Assembly (NCBI GenBank): GCA_964519445.1
Contig: CAZFIH010000004.1
Location: 1 to 35,067, forward strand
Direction of reading: 5' to 3'
Source of the DNA: an uncultured Bdellovibrionales bacterium
GTDB lineage: Bacteria; Patescibacteriota; Minisyncoccia; Moranbacterales; UBA11712
Length of the DNA: 35,067 nt
This document shows, piece after piece, positions 26,616-34,616 of this stretch; positions within the stretch are counted from its first letter, which is position 1; each line of letters begins with the position of its first letter. A model generated the notes under the pieces. The model saw only the letters and a program-made list of their open reading frames with translations, ran no database searches and was not told where the DNA came from. The translations under genes and the position numbers were made by a program.

Positions 26616-27460
26616 GAACTTCCAGCAAAATTTTTAGCCTTATATGAGCTTCTGACCAAACTCCCCGCAACAGCCTTTTTTATTCCCAGCTTTTTTGCGA
26701 TTGACGCGATTTTTCCAAATTCATTCTCCCTGTAATATTTTTTTACCGAGAGATGGGACGAGCTTGGCCGTAAATATTGGCCGACCGTTAAGATATCGCA
26801 GCCTGTTTTTTTCAAGTCTCTTAATGTTTCAATGATCTGCTTCTCTGTTTCTCCCATTCCCACCATGAAACCCGACTTGGTTTTCATCTCGGGAGAGATC
26901 TCTTTGACTTTTTTGAGCAACCTTAAAGACATTTCGTAATCCCCTTTTGGCCTGACCGACCCGAAAATATCGGCAACGGTTTCCAGATTATGGTTAATGA
27001 CATCCGGCCCTGCTTTCACTATCTTTGCGAGAACCGGCCAATTGCCTCGCAAATCGGAAATCAAAATTTCAATTTTGCATTCAGGAGATTTTCTTTTTAT
27101 TGCTTTAATCGTCTTGACAAACTGCCCTGCTCCGCCGTCCGACAAATCATCCCTGGCAACACAAGTTATCACCGCGTAATCAAGCCCCATCCTTTTGACA
27201 GCGGCCGCGATTCTTTCCGACTCGGCTGAATCAACCGCCTTGGGTTGTCCCTTTTTAATATTGCAGTAAGCGCAATTCCGAGCGCAGACATCGCCCAAAA
27301 TCATAAAGGTGGCGGTGCCGCAAGAAAAACATTCGTAACGATTGGGGCAGTTGGCTTCCTGACAGACCGTAACCAAGCTGTGCTTATCAATAACATCTAA
27401 TGTTTCTTGATACCGCTTTTTGTCATAATTTTTTATCCTTATCCAATCAGGCAAAGTCAT
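26612..27460 (-). CDS. lipA: Lipoyl synthase (radical SAM)
   Basis: CQEANCPNRYEC (CX4CX5C), CARNCAYC, RDDLSDGGA, NHNLET, GQYLRP and RSSY. Confidence 0.96.
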   Translation of the reverse strand: MTLPDWIRIKNYDKKRYQETLDVIDKHSLVTVCQEANCPNRYECFSCGTATFMILGDVCARNCAYCNIKKGQPKAVDSAESERIAAAVKRMGLDYAVITCVARDDLSDGGAGQFVKTIKAIKRKSPECKIEILISDLRGNWPVLAKIVKAGPDVINHNLETVADIFGSVRPKGDYEMSLRLLKKVKEISPEMKTKSGFMVGMGETEKQIIETLRDLKKTGCDILTVGQYLRPSSSHLSVKKYYRENEFGKIASIAKKLGIKKAVAGSLVRSSYKAKNFAGSS

Positions 27461-27464
27461 AGTT

Positions 27465-27734
27465 TTATGAAAACACTGTATTTATTTCTATTAATTCAAT
27501 CATTGCCTCATAAGTTGTTTCTTTTGCCCCGGCATTGTTTTTCAATCCGCGTAAAACCAAATCATTTTTCAAAACTAAAATTTCCATTTTTTTGTCTGCG
27601 GCTGATTTTATTAAATTATTATTTTGATTGTGGACAAGCAAAGTTCCATCTTGAATGAGAATAATTTTATCGCCTTCTTCCATGAACCGAAAAATTCCTT
27701 GGTTTTGATTGTTTGATTTGACTATAAAAAGCAT
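27465..27734 (-). CDS. DsrH/TusB-like protein
   Basis: ILIQDG and DLVLRGL motifs; third gene of a DsrEFH-like trio. Confidence 0.8.
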   Translation of the reverse strand: MLFIVKSNNQNQGIFRFMEEGDKIILIQDGTLLVHNQNNNLIKSAADKKMEILVLKNDLVLRGLKNNAGAKETTYEAMIELIEINTVFS

Positions 27735-27738
27735 GGTT

Positions 27739-28092
27739 TTAAAAATTAATAATGACCTCGGACGATCTGACCAAATTTTTTATTTTCAGAACGGAAAGGA
27801 TTTTTACCGGTTCGATTTCCTCTTCTGAAATTCTATTTTCCTGCAAACTCTCCTTGTCCGCAAAAATTTTTAAGCCAAATTCTTCGGCGTTAGACAGGCC
27901 TTCTTTAATACTGCCGGCGCCAATCTTTTCCGGCTTTTGATTTTTCAACAAAGAAAAAACGCCCGATCCGCTGAAAAGAAGCTTTGTATCCAGATCCATG
28001 CCGGAAAAAGCAACGCCGGCCCGCACCGCTTCGGCCGGGAAAACAGTGCCGATGGGCGGATTATTTACGATTATCAAAACTTTTTTTGCCAT
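27739..28092 (-). CDS. DsrF/TusC-like protein (no Cys)
   Basis: PPIGT…EAVR, GVFSLLKNQ and ESLQENRI pattern. Confidence 0.78.
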   Translation of the reverse strand: MAKKVLIIVNNPPIGTVFPAEAVRAGVAFSGMDLDTKLLFSGSGVFSLLKNQKPEKIGAGSIKEGLSNAEEFGLKIFADKESLQENRISEEEIEPVKILSVLKIKNLVRSSEVIINF

Positions 28093-28103
28093 ATATTTTA
28101 TGG

Positions 28104-28448
28104 TTAGATATTAATAAATTTATCGCATTCATTTACCATGTCAGCCAGTCCAGGCAGGCCCTCAAGCTCGCCCGCCGGCAGCAGCTGATTGCGCTTTATA
28201 CCGCGGAATTGCACGCAGACTCCGCAAATCTTAATCTCCGCGCCTAAGCCGGATAATTCTTCCATCCTTTGATATAAATTTCTTTCTTTTGACGAATTCA
28301 AATCCTTATTTACGGCGATAACACTATCTATGTAAAGAAAAATTTTCACCTGATGTTTTTTAGCGATTGCCGCCTTGCTTAAATAATAAAGAGTATCAAT
28401 GTCTTGGTATGTATAAGGCGGCCGTGTGACTAAAAATCCTATTGTCAT
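28104..28448 (-). CDS. DsrE/TusD-like sulfurtransferase
   Basis: RPPY, IFLYIDSV and ICGVCVQFRGI with the conserved active-site Cys. Confidence 0.85.
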   Translation of the reverse strand: MTIGFLVTRPPYTYQDIDTLYYLSKAAIAKKHQVKIFLYIDSVIAVNKDLNSSKERNLYQRMEELSGLGAEIKICGVCVQFRGIKRNQLLPAGELEGLPGLADMVNECDKFINI

Positions 28449-28462
28449 ATTTTTTATGTTTT

Positions 28463-28527
28463 ACCCTGTTAGAAATTTTAAATAAAGCAGAAAAAAATAA
28501 TAAAATGCCTAAAATTTCTAACAGGGT
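28463..28527. repeat. 18-bp perfect inverted repeat
   Basis: ACCCTGTTAGAAATTTTA (28463-28480) / TAAAATTTCTAACAGGGT (28510-28527), with a 29-nt spacer. Confidence 0.9.
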
Positions 28528-29552
28528 TAATTGTTTCTAATAAATAAAAAGTAAGCCATAGTCCAGCCGCCGAGAATTATAAAAATACCCGCCACTAGAC
28601 TGGAGATGGCTAGTTGTGGAATACCGCTTAAAATATGGCCGATATTGCAGCCGTCGGCAACAACCGCGCCGAACCCCATCAAAACGCCGCCGGCCAAAGA
28701 TTGCCAGGCTATCCTAGGCCTTGGGAAACGGAATTTAAATTCCCCGGCAATAAACGAACCCAAAAATGCGCCAAAAACAAGGCCTATCACCTCAAACGAT
28801 TCCCATGTTAAAAAATTTTCGAAACGGATGATTGATTTCAAAATCGTTTCAAAACCCATGGTTATACCGAGGGCATAGTTGCGCCCGGAAAGGGAAGAAA
28901 AAACGAAAGCCAAGAGTCCAATGAGCCCGATAGCTAATCCGGCGCTTTGCCATGACCAGCCTTTTTTAAAAATATCAGATATCAAACCGACCCTTTCGTC
29001 TTTTGGGACGGAATATTTAATTTTGTTTCTTTTTTGTCCAAACAATAACCAAAAAATTAAAACTGAAAAAAAGGCAATCCAAAATATATTCGGCAAACCG
29101 GTTATAGAGCCCAGAGTCAAAGAACCTAAACCATAACTCTGGGCGACTGCGGTCAATCCGGATAAAATTCCGTCCTTAGCCAGATAGGCCGCGCCGACAA
29201 ACCCGAACAAAGCCAGCCAAGAACCTATCATTCCTTCCCCGACTCGATAAGCAGTGCCGCTGGCGCAACCGCCGGCTATCGCCATCCCCACCCCAAACAC
29301 ATAAGCGCCCAGAGGCACGGCCAGCCAATAAAACAACTTTGGGTTATATTCTATTAATCCAATAGAATTAAGAACATAAAATCCAACCAATTCAATCCCA
29401 AGAGCCAAGCCAACCGCCTTGAGCAGTGTAAAATCTTTAAAAACTAAAGGATCGCGAAACGCTGAATTCATGCAAAAACGTCCCCGCTGGAGCGCAAATC
29501 CGAAAATAACTCCAATTGCCAAACCGCTAATAATTGTAAAAACCATTGGCAT
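28527..29552 (-). CDS. YeeE/YedE family sulfur-compound (thiosulfate) transporter
   Basis: QRGRFC, AGGCASG and DGCNIGH: the three conserved Cys motifs. Confidence 0.92.
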   Translation of the reverse strand: MPMVFTIISGLAIGVIFGFALQRGRFCMNSAFRDPLVFKDFTLLKAVGLALGIELVGFYVLNSIGLIEYNPKLFYWLAVPLGAYVFGVGMAIAGGCASGTAYRVGEGMIGSWLALFGFVGAAYLAKDGILSGLTAVAQSYGLGSLTLGSITGLPNIFWIAFFSVLIFWLLFGQKRNKIKYSVPKDERVGLISDIFKKGWSWQSAGLAIGLIGLLAFVFSSLSGRNYALGITMGFETILKSIIRFENFLTWESFEVIGLVFGAFLGSFIAGEFKFRFPRPRIAWQSLAGGVLMGFGAVVADGCNIGHILSGIPQLAISSLVAGIFIILGGWTMAYFLFIRNN

Positions 29553-29559
29553 AGGACGA

Positions 29560-29814
29560 TTATTTAACTTGTATCAAAAGACGATGATCCGGTCCATTAT
29601 CAATTTTTTCCAACTTCAAAAATTTGTGCCCTTCTTTTTCACTGTTTCGCGGAATGCGCTCCAAAGACAAGGGATAATCGGTTAAGACCTCTAAAATTTG
29701 GCCGGAGCTCATTTCCTTTAATTTTTTTCTGGCCTTAATGTCTGGATAGGGGCAGATTTCCCCGCGAACATCCAGACTCTCGTCAATTTGGCAAGCATTT
29801 TTATCTTCAGTCAT
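29560..29814 (-). CDS. TusA/YeeD/SirA family sulfur carrier
   Basis: LDVRGEICPYP and GQILEVLTD motifs. Start at MTEDK. Confidence 0.9.
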   Translation of the reverse strand: MTEDKNACQIDESLDVRGEICPYPDIKARKKLKEMSSGQILEVLTDYPLSLERIPRNSEKEGHKFLKLEKIDNGPDHRLLIQVK

Positions 29815-29836
29815 ATTTTTTATTGTTATTTTTTTA

Positions 29837-30301
29837 TTAAAGCTTGGTCCCCGGATCCGTACAGTCCTGCTCAACGCAAAGCTTGATTCTGGCTTCCATT
29901 TCCGCTTTCATGCCGTTAGAAAATCCGACGAACGGCTCTCCTTCGCCAATAAAAGTCGTCGGAACGCCTTGCGCGGTTGTGCCGTAAGCCTTTGCCATCT
30001 CTTGAAAAAGCGCGGCGTTATCCTTGCTTTTCCAGGTTTCAAATTCTTTAACAGCCAAATCGGGATATTTACGCTTCATCTCATCCAAAAATGGTTTCTC
30101 AGTCGCGCAATGCGGACAGCCGTCTCCCCAGAAAAAATATATCGTCACTTTGCCTTCAGTGTCACTAATTTCGGCAACCTGATTTTCCTCCGAATAAGCA
30201 CTTTCCAATGATGTGTTTTCTTTCCGGTTTTCGGAAGAACAGCCGGAAAAAATGAGAAGTACTCCCGCCAGCAATCCTATTGATAAATAAATTTTTTTCA
30301 T
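29837..30301 (-). CDS. Thioredoxin/glutaredoxin-like lipoprotein
   Basis: Lipobox FSGC, WGDGCPHC and GVPT cis-Pro loop. Confidence 0.85.
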   Translation of the reverse strand: MKKIYLSIGLLAGVLLIFSGCSSENRKENTSLESAYSEENQVAEISDTEGKVTIYFFWGDGCPHCATEKPFLDEMKRKYPDLAVKEFETWKSKDNAALFQEMAKAYGTTAQGVPTTFIGEGEPFVGFSNGMKAEMEARIKLCVEQDCTDPGTKL

Positions 30302-30311
30302 AAAACCAAGT

Positions 30312-30728
30312 TTACTGATTATCGTTATTTTTCTTCATGCCTGAATCCACCCACTTTTGAGCCTCATCAGCCTTTAACAATTTTTGAACCTCTGATTGAT
30401 CGGAAATTTTTATTTTGGCGATCCAGCCCTCATCATACGGACTTTTGTTGATAACAGAAGGCTTGTCAAAAAGCGGGTCATTAACTTCAATTACTTCTCC
30501 GGAAAGCGGGCTTCCCAGATGGCCGCTCCATTTAAGCGCTTCCAGAGAAACATAAGTTTCTCCCCTTTTAAGCGCCTGTCCTTCTTTCGGTAACTTGATA
30601 AACACGAATTCCTTTACCTTGTCCGCGGCGGGTTTAATTACGCCCAGCACCGCAGTGTCATTCTCGATGCGCGCCCAAGAATAGTCCCTGTTATAAAATA
30701 AATTATTCGGCAAATTATTGTTTGTCAT
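30312..30728 (-). CDS. GcvH-like lipoyl carrier protein (stand-alone)
   Basis: YSWAR, FIKLP, LEALKW (lipoyl-Lys position), SPLSGEVIEVN and INKSPYDEGWI. Confidence 0.88.
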   Translation of the reverse strand: MTNNNLPNNLFYNRDYSWARIENDTAVLGVIKPAADKVKEFVFIKLPKEGQALKRGETYVSLEALKWSGHLGSPLSGEVIEVNDPLFDKPSVINKSPYDEGWIAKIKISDQSEVQKLLKADEAQKWVDSGMKKNNDNQ

Positions 30729-30731
30729 AGA

Positions 30732-32525
30732 TTATTCCTTATTTTTGTTAATAATATCATTTTGTTCGCCAGTATTATTTTCACTTTCTTTTGATGCCTC
30801 GGGCGTGAGCAAATTTTCTTCCGTGCCAACTTTAACTCCAAATCTTGGCAGAATTTTGCGGTGGATGAACAGAATCAAAAGAGAAACAGCAATCGCAACA
30901 ACAAAAACCAATAAAGAAGTGCTTATATTATTCATCAAATCCGGATTAATAAACATTACCAATGCCAGCGCCAGCATAATCATACCGCCGATTAACTTCA
31001 GGATGCGCCCGTGTTTTTCTTCAAAACGGCTTGCTTTCAGCGTTAAGGTGGCAGCTCCCACAACTACCATCTCATCTAAAAGGTAAATCAAAAGATATAA
31101 CAATAAAAGCAAAGCAAAGACTGTTCCTTGTATATGATTTTGGGCGATTATATTAGTCCAGATTACCGGAAAACCGGCTGTGCAGGGAAGTTCTACCAGC
31201 ACCACACCCAAAGCCATAGCGGCTGTGGCAAGCACCATTCCCCAGGTTGATTTGTCGCCTTTCATAATACCCCGCGCGTCTTTAAATATTTTTGGCTTAT
31301 ATTTGTCGGATATCGTAAAAGATATACCTTTTTTATACCAAAAATAATCTTTAATATTAACAAGGGCAAAAGTAAGAGCAAGCAGGGCCACTGCGATTTG
31401 AATCCATCTTAAATAACCGATATACAGGAATACGTTCAAAAGCCCAACCATAAACAAACCGTAAGCGATCGTGGTTACCAAAAGAAAGGTTAGGCCGACC
31501 AAAAATATTTTCTTTCTTGAGCCGGAATGAATCACCATTCCCAAAAGAAAAGCAATCAGCCACAAAGAACAGGGATTAAAACCGTCAACAAAAGCGATAA
31601 TAACCGTTGTTACAAAAAGCGGCGTAGAGGAAAGATCAATTTCGCCCACAATCGGAAATTTTATTTTTTCCTGCGCTTCGGGAGTGATATCTGTTGATTG
31701 GGGCAAAAAAGGAGTAAATCCTTTAATATTTTCCAACGGACAAATGCAACCTTCTTTTTGGCACGAAATTATTTCCCTTTCCAAATAATCTTTGATTGTT
31801 GTTTCTCCTATATAATATCTGTCGCCTAAAAATACAATCGGATAAGAAGCTGTTACCAATCCATATTTTTCTTTAAATGATTGATATAACCGATTCTCTT
31901 CCTCAAGCCCGACATCGTGCTTTTTTATAATTAAGCCGTATTTTTGTTCCAGGTTTTGCAGAAAATTACTTATATCCGAGCATTGGGGGCAGTCTTCTTT
32001 ATAAAACAAGTGCAGACAAAGTTCATCCCGGGCTTGATTTGACTGAGAATCAATATTTTCTTTTTCGTCGAATTCTTTGTTTGATGTAATAGAAGAAATT
32101 GCCGACTCCGGTTCCGTCTCTTCTTCAATTCCGGCTTTTACCCCGGGACTGATACAGCCATTTTCCAAACAATCAACTATCTTTTTTTCAATATCCTCCG
32201 CCATATAATCGGCGTAACCGACGATTGGCTCAAAGTCCCCGATAAAAGTTGTCGGCACTCCCCGGGCATGGATGCCGTATGCCTCGGCGACTTCTTGGAA
32301 TAATTCGGCATTTTCTTGGTTGTTCCAAGTTTCAAAACTTTTTACTTCCAAATCAGGATATTTTTCTTCCATTTTTTCCAAGAATGGTTTTTCCACGGCG
32401 CAGTGAGGGCAACCATCGCCCCAGAAGAAATATATCACTGTTTTCTCCGCGGCACTTACCTGATTTATTCCAACTAATAAGCAGATGAAAATCAGGATCG
32501 AAATAATTATTTTCTTAGTGAGCAT
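30732..32525 (-). CDS. Two glutaredoxin-like domains fused to a CcdA/DsbD-like membrane domain
   Basis: Signal peptide; CPHC and CPQC domains; DGFNPCS and ELPCTAG transmembrane Cys pair. Confidence 0.85.
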   Translation of the reverse strand: MLTKKIIISILIFICLLVGINQVSAAEKTVIYFFWGDGCPHCAVEKPFLEKMEEKYPDLEVKSFETWNNQENAELFQEVAEAYGIHARGVPTTFIGDFEPIVGYADYMAEDIEKKIVDCLENGCISPGVKAGIEEETEPESAISSITSNKEFDEKENIDSQSNQARDELCLHLFYKEDCPQCSDISNFLQNLEQKYGLIIKKHDVGLEEENRLYQSFKEKYGLVTASYPIVFLGDRYYIGETTIKDYLEREIISCQKEGCICPLENIKGFTPFLPQSTDITPEAQEKIKFPIVGEIDLSSTPLFVTTVIIAFVDGFNPCSLWLIAFLLGMVIHSGSRKKIFLVGLTFLLVTTIAYGLFMVGLLNVFLYIGYLRWIQIAVALLALTFALVNIKDYFWYKKGISFTISDKYKPKIFKDARGIMKGDKSTWGMVLATAAMALGVVLVELPCTAGFPVIWTNIIAQNHIQGTVFALLLLLYLLIYLLDEMVVVGAATLTLKASRFEEKHGRILKLIGGMIMLALALVMFINPDLMNNISTSLLVFVVAIAVSLLILFIHRKILPRFGVKVGTEENLLTPEASKESENNTGEQNDIINKNKE

Positions 32526-32543
32526 ATTTTTATTTTGAATTGC

Positions 32544-33197
32544 TTACAAAGCAGAGTTGATTTCGGCTATTATTTCCGCGTTGCATTCCGAAGGACAATA
32601 AAGAGTCGGCTGTCTGGACAGTCTCACTCTTTCTCCGCTCCCTTCTAAAAGATGAACAATATCAGCCCTGGAATAATCCGTATTCTCCCAAGATGTAACC
32701 GCTATGCCTTTTTCAAGATATTGATAAATGTCATTGACTTTTTCTATTTTTTCAACCGGAAAACTGTTTTTAATCAAATCAACATCCAAGTCCGTATAAA
32801 TCTGATAGTCTTTTAATTCACTCTCTTGGATAGAAAATTCTTGGGAACCGATAAATGAAAATCCTCTGTCGATTACCACTCCTTCCATCCGCGGCTCGTT
32901 GTATTTCAGTGTCCGGCCGGCCAACACAAAATCTGCTCGTTTGTTTTCCATCAACTCAACGCTTTCGGATGTGGATCGAGTAGCAATAATTTGATATTTT
33001 TGGGAATCTAGCTTTTCGGCTATCTCCCGGCAAGTCGGGCAAGCGGCAATGATTATTTTCCTTCGCGTTTTATCAATATTATTATCAATCGAGCTTATTT
33101 CGTTTTCTTTTTCTTTATTTTTGCCGATAACAATCAGCAAAACAAAGGCTGACAAAATAAGAAGTGAAATTATTTTAGTTTTATCCAATCGTAGCAT
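32544..33197 (-). CDS. Hypothetical exported protein with CPTC motif, possible type-II binding-protein fold
   Basis: N-terminal TM, ACPTC, STSESVELMENKRADFVLAGR and C-terminal CPSEC. 1-nt overlap with the upstream gene. Confidence 0.65.
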   Translation of the reverse strand: MLRLDKTKIISLLILSAFVLLIVIGKNKEKENEISSIDNNIDKTRRKIIIAACPTCREIAEKLDSQKYQIIATRSTSESVELMENKRADFVLAGRTLKYNEPRMEGVVIDRGFSFIGSQEFSIQESELKDYQIYTDLDVDLIKNSFPVEKIEKVNDIYQYLEKGIAVTSWENTDYSRADIVHLLEGSGERVRLSRQPTLYCPSECNAEIIAEINSAL

Positions 33198-34018
33198 TAA
33201 CTTATTTTTTGTTTAAAAAAATCAATGATGTCTTTTTCATTTGTGTGGCATTTTCCATCCGCCCAGAGAAACGGGACGCCGAATGATTCCAGATCGACGT
33301 CGCACTGCATCGCGTCGTTGCCCAGCTGTTCCAGATCGGCTTCGCTTTCGCTGATGTTTTTTTCTTCAAAATCAAGTTTGTCTCTCACGCCGTTTTGCTG
33401 GAAATACTTTTCAATGTTGGCGCAACCGGGGCAATTATCACCTGAATAAAAAGTAATGTCCTCGCTTTCCGGCTCTTTTTGCGCTTCCGCCGATACCGTT
33501 TCGCCAATCATTCCGCGTATTTTCTCCGAAAGATAATCGGAAAAAGCCTGCTTGTTTCCCAAAAGCCTCCACGCTTGCACCTCTTCCCTGATATTATCCT
33601 CACCGTCAATAATGGCGTTCAAAAAAAGTGATGAACCGACCGCTTTGAATTTCTTCGCCACCTCCCTATTTTCCGGCAAATCGACGTTGATCTCCCGAAA
33701 TTCAATTTTTCCGTCTTTGAGTTCCGGCGCGAAGTTTTCGTCAACCGTCGCTTTGGCATATTGCCCCATTATTACGCAGGCATAACAGCGAGCAGTCGAA
33801 TGAAAGGCGTAAACTTGGACTTTTTCCGCCGGCTTAGTCTCTTGAGCTTCGGATTTTTGCGAACTTTTTTGTGTATTGGAATCACTTGACTGCGTTTTTT
33901 TGTCCGGACCAAAATTGGCGTAAATAACGGCAATAGCTGCTATCAAAACGGCGCCGTAGAGTAAATATATTCCTAATTTTTTCACCCCGTTAGAAATTTC
34001 TTTTTTGTTGTTTTCCAT
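33197..34018 (-). CDS. arsF: ArsF-family thioredoxin-fold protein with an extra C-terminal glutaredoxin domain
   Basis: VYAFHSTARCYAC…INVDLPEN…GSSLF, then YSGDNCPGC…GVPFL. Start at MENNKK. Confidence 0.72.
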   Translation of the reverse strand: MENNKKEISNGVKKLGIYLLYGAVLIAAIAVIYANFGPDKKTQSSDSNTQKSSQKSEAQETKPAEKVQVYAFHSTARCYACVIMGQYAKATVDENFAPELKDGKIEFREINVDLPENREVAKKFKAVGSSLFLNAIIDGEDNIREEVQAWRLLGNKQAFSDYLSEKIRGMIGETVSAEAQKEPESEDITFYSGDNCPGCANIEKYFQQNGVRDKLDFEEKNISESEADLEQLGNDAMQCDVDLESFGVPFLWADGKCHTNEKDIIDFFKQKIS

Positions 34019-34064
34019 AATTTTCAGATATTTCCCCGTTATATTTGGCAATTTCTAACGGGGT
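33984..34064. repeat. 15-bp inverted repeat enclosing the arsF start codon
   Basis: ACCCCGTTAGAAATT (33984-33998) / AATTTCTAACGGGGT (34050-34064), with an internal partial copy CCCCGTTA at 34034. Confidence 0.9.
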
Positions 34065-34070
34065 AAATGA

Positions 34071-34334
34071 TTATTTGGAAAGGATAGATTTGATTTCTTC
34101 CACATCGGGAATTCTTCCCGAAGCTTCAACTTTTTCATCAACGACCAAAGCCGGCGTTCCCATTACGCCGTAGCTCATAATATCCTGGATTTCGGTTACT
34201 TTTTCAATATCCGCTTTCATTTTCAATTCCCCTAACGCTTGCCTCGTGTTGGCTTCCAGTTTTTGGCAATTGGGACAGCCCGTTCCCAAAATTTTGATGG
34301 TCACCCCGTTAGAAATTTTTTTATCATCTGGCAT
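34071..34334 (-). CDS. Small redox-active disulfide protein (MTH895/Thioredoxin_3 family, ArsE-like position)
   Basis: IKILGTGCPNC and YGVMGTPALVVD motifs. Confidence 0.88.
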   Translation of the reverse strand: MPDDKKISNGVTIKILGTGCPNCQKLEANTRQALGELKMKADIEKVTEIQDIMSYGVMGTPALVVDEKVEASGRIPDVEEIKSILSK

Positions 34335-34385
34335 ATATTTTATTTACTACAAATCCCGTTACAAAAATAGAATTTCTAACGGGGT
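34303..34385. repeat. 15-bp inverted repeat enclosing the thioredoxin start codon
   Basis: ACCCCGTTAGAAATT (34303-34317) / AATTTCTAACGGGGT (34371-34385), with an internal partial copy CCCGTTA at 34355. Confidence 0.9.
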
Positions 34386-34393
34386 TCATAGAT

Positions 34394-34612
34394 TTATTTG
34401 GTTAATTTTATCGGATTGCATAAATTTTCTTTCTTATTTGCCAGCCTTCCACAGCAACGGCAGACATATTGCGGATTATTCACCAATGGAAGTATTTTAT
34501 CCATATCGAACTGATTATGCGGCTTGGCAAGCTCACAAAGTTTGTTTTCCCTATTGTTGTTCCCGCAACCGCAACCGCAGGAACTGCTAGTATCGCAACA
34601 ATTGTTTGCCAT
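34394..34612 (-). CDS. Small Cys-rich protein (10 Cys in 72 aa)
   Basis: CC, CGCGC, LC, CRCC and LCNP; starts 4 nt after the arsR stop. Confidence 0.75.
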   Translation of the reverse strand: MANNCCDTSSSCGCGCGNNNRENKLCELAKPHNQFDMDKILPLVNNPQYVCRCCGRLANKKENLCNPIKLTK

Positions 34613-34616
34613 AAAT

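Noticed and set aside
29913-29922. CCGTTAGAAA partial match to the inverted-repeat arm
   Set aside because: Only 10 nt, inside a coding region (GFSNG), with no partner arm; compatible with chance.
25601-30728. Calling the cluster a glycine cleavage system, an sHdr-LbpA sulfur oxidation locus or a Dsr pathway
   Set aside because: No gcvP/T/L, shdr, lipS1/S2, dsrAB or dsrC in the window.
33984-34385. CRISPR array interpretation of the ACCCCGTTAGAAATT repeats
   Set aside because: The copies alternate in orientation, are only 15 bp, are irregularly spaced and overlap coding sequence. No cas genes are present.
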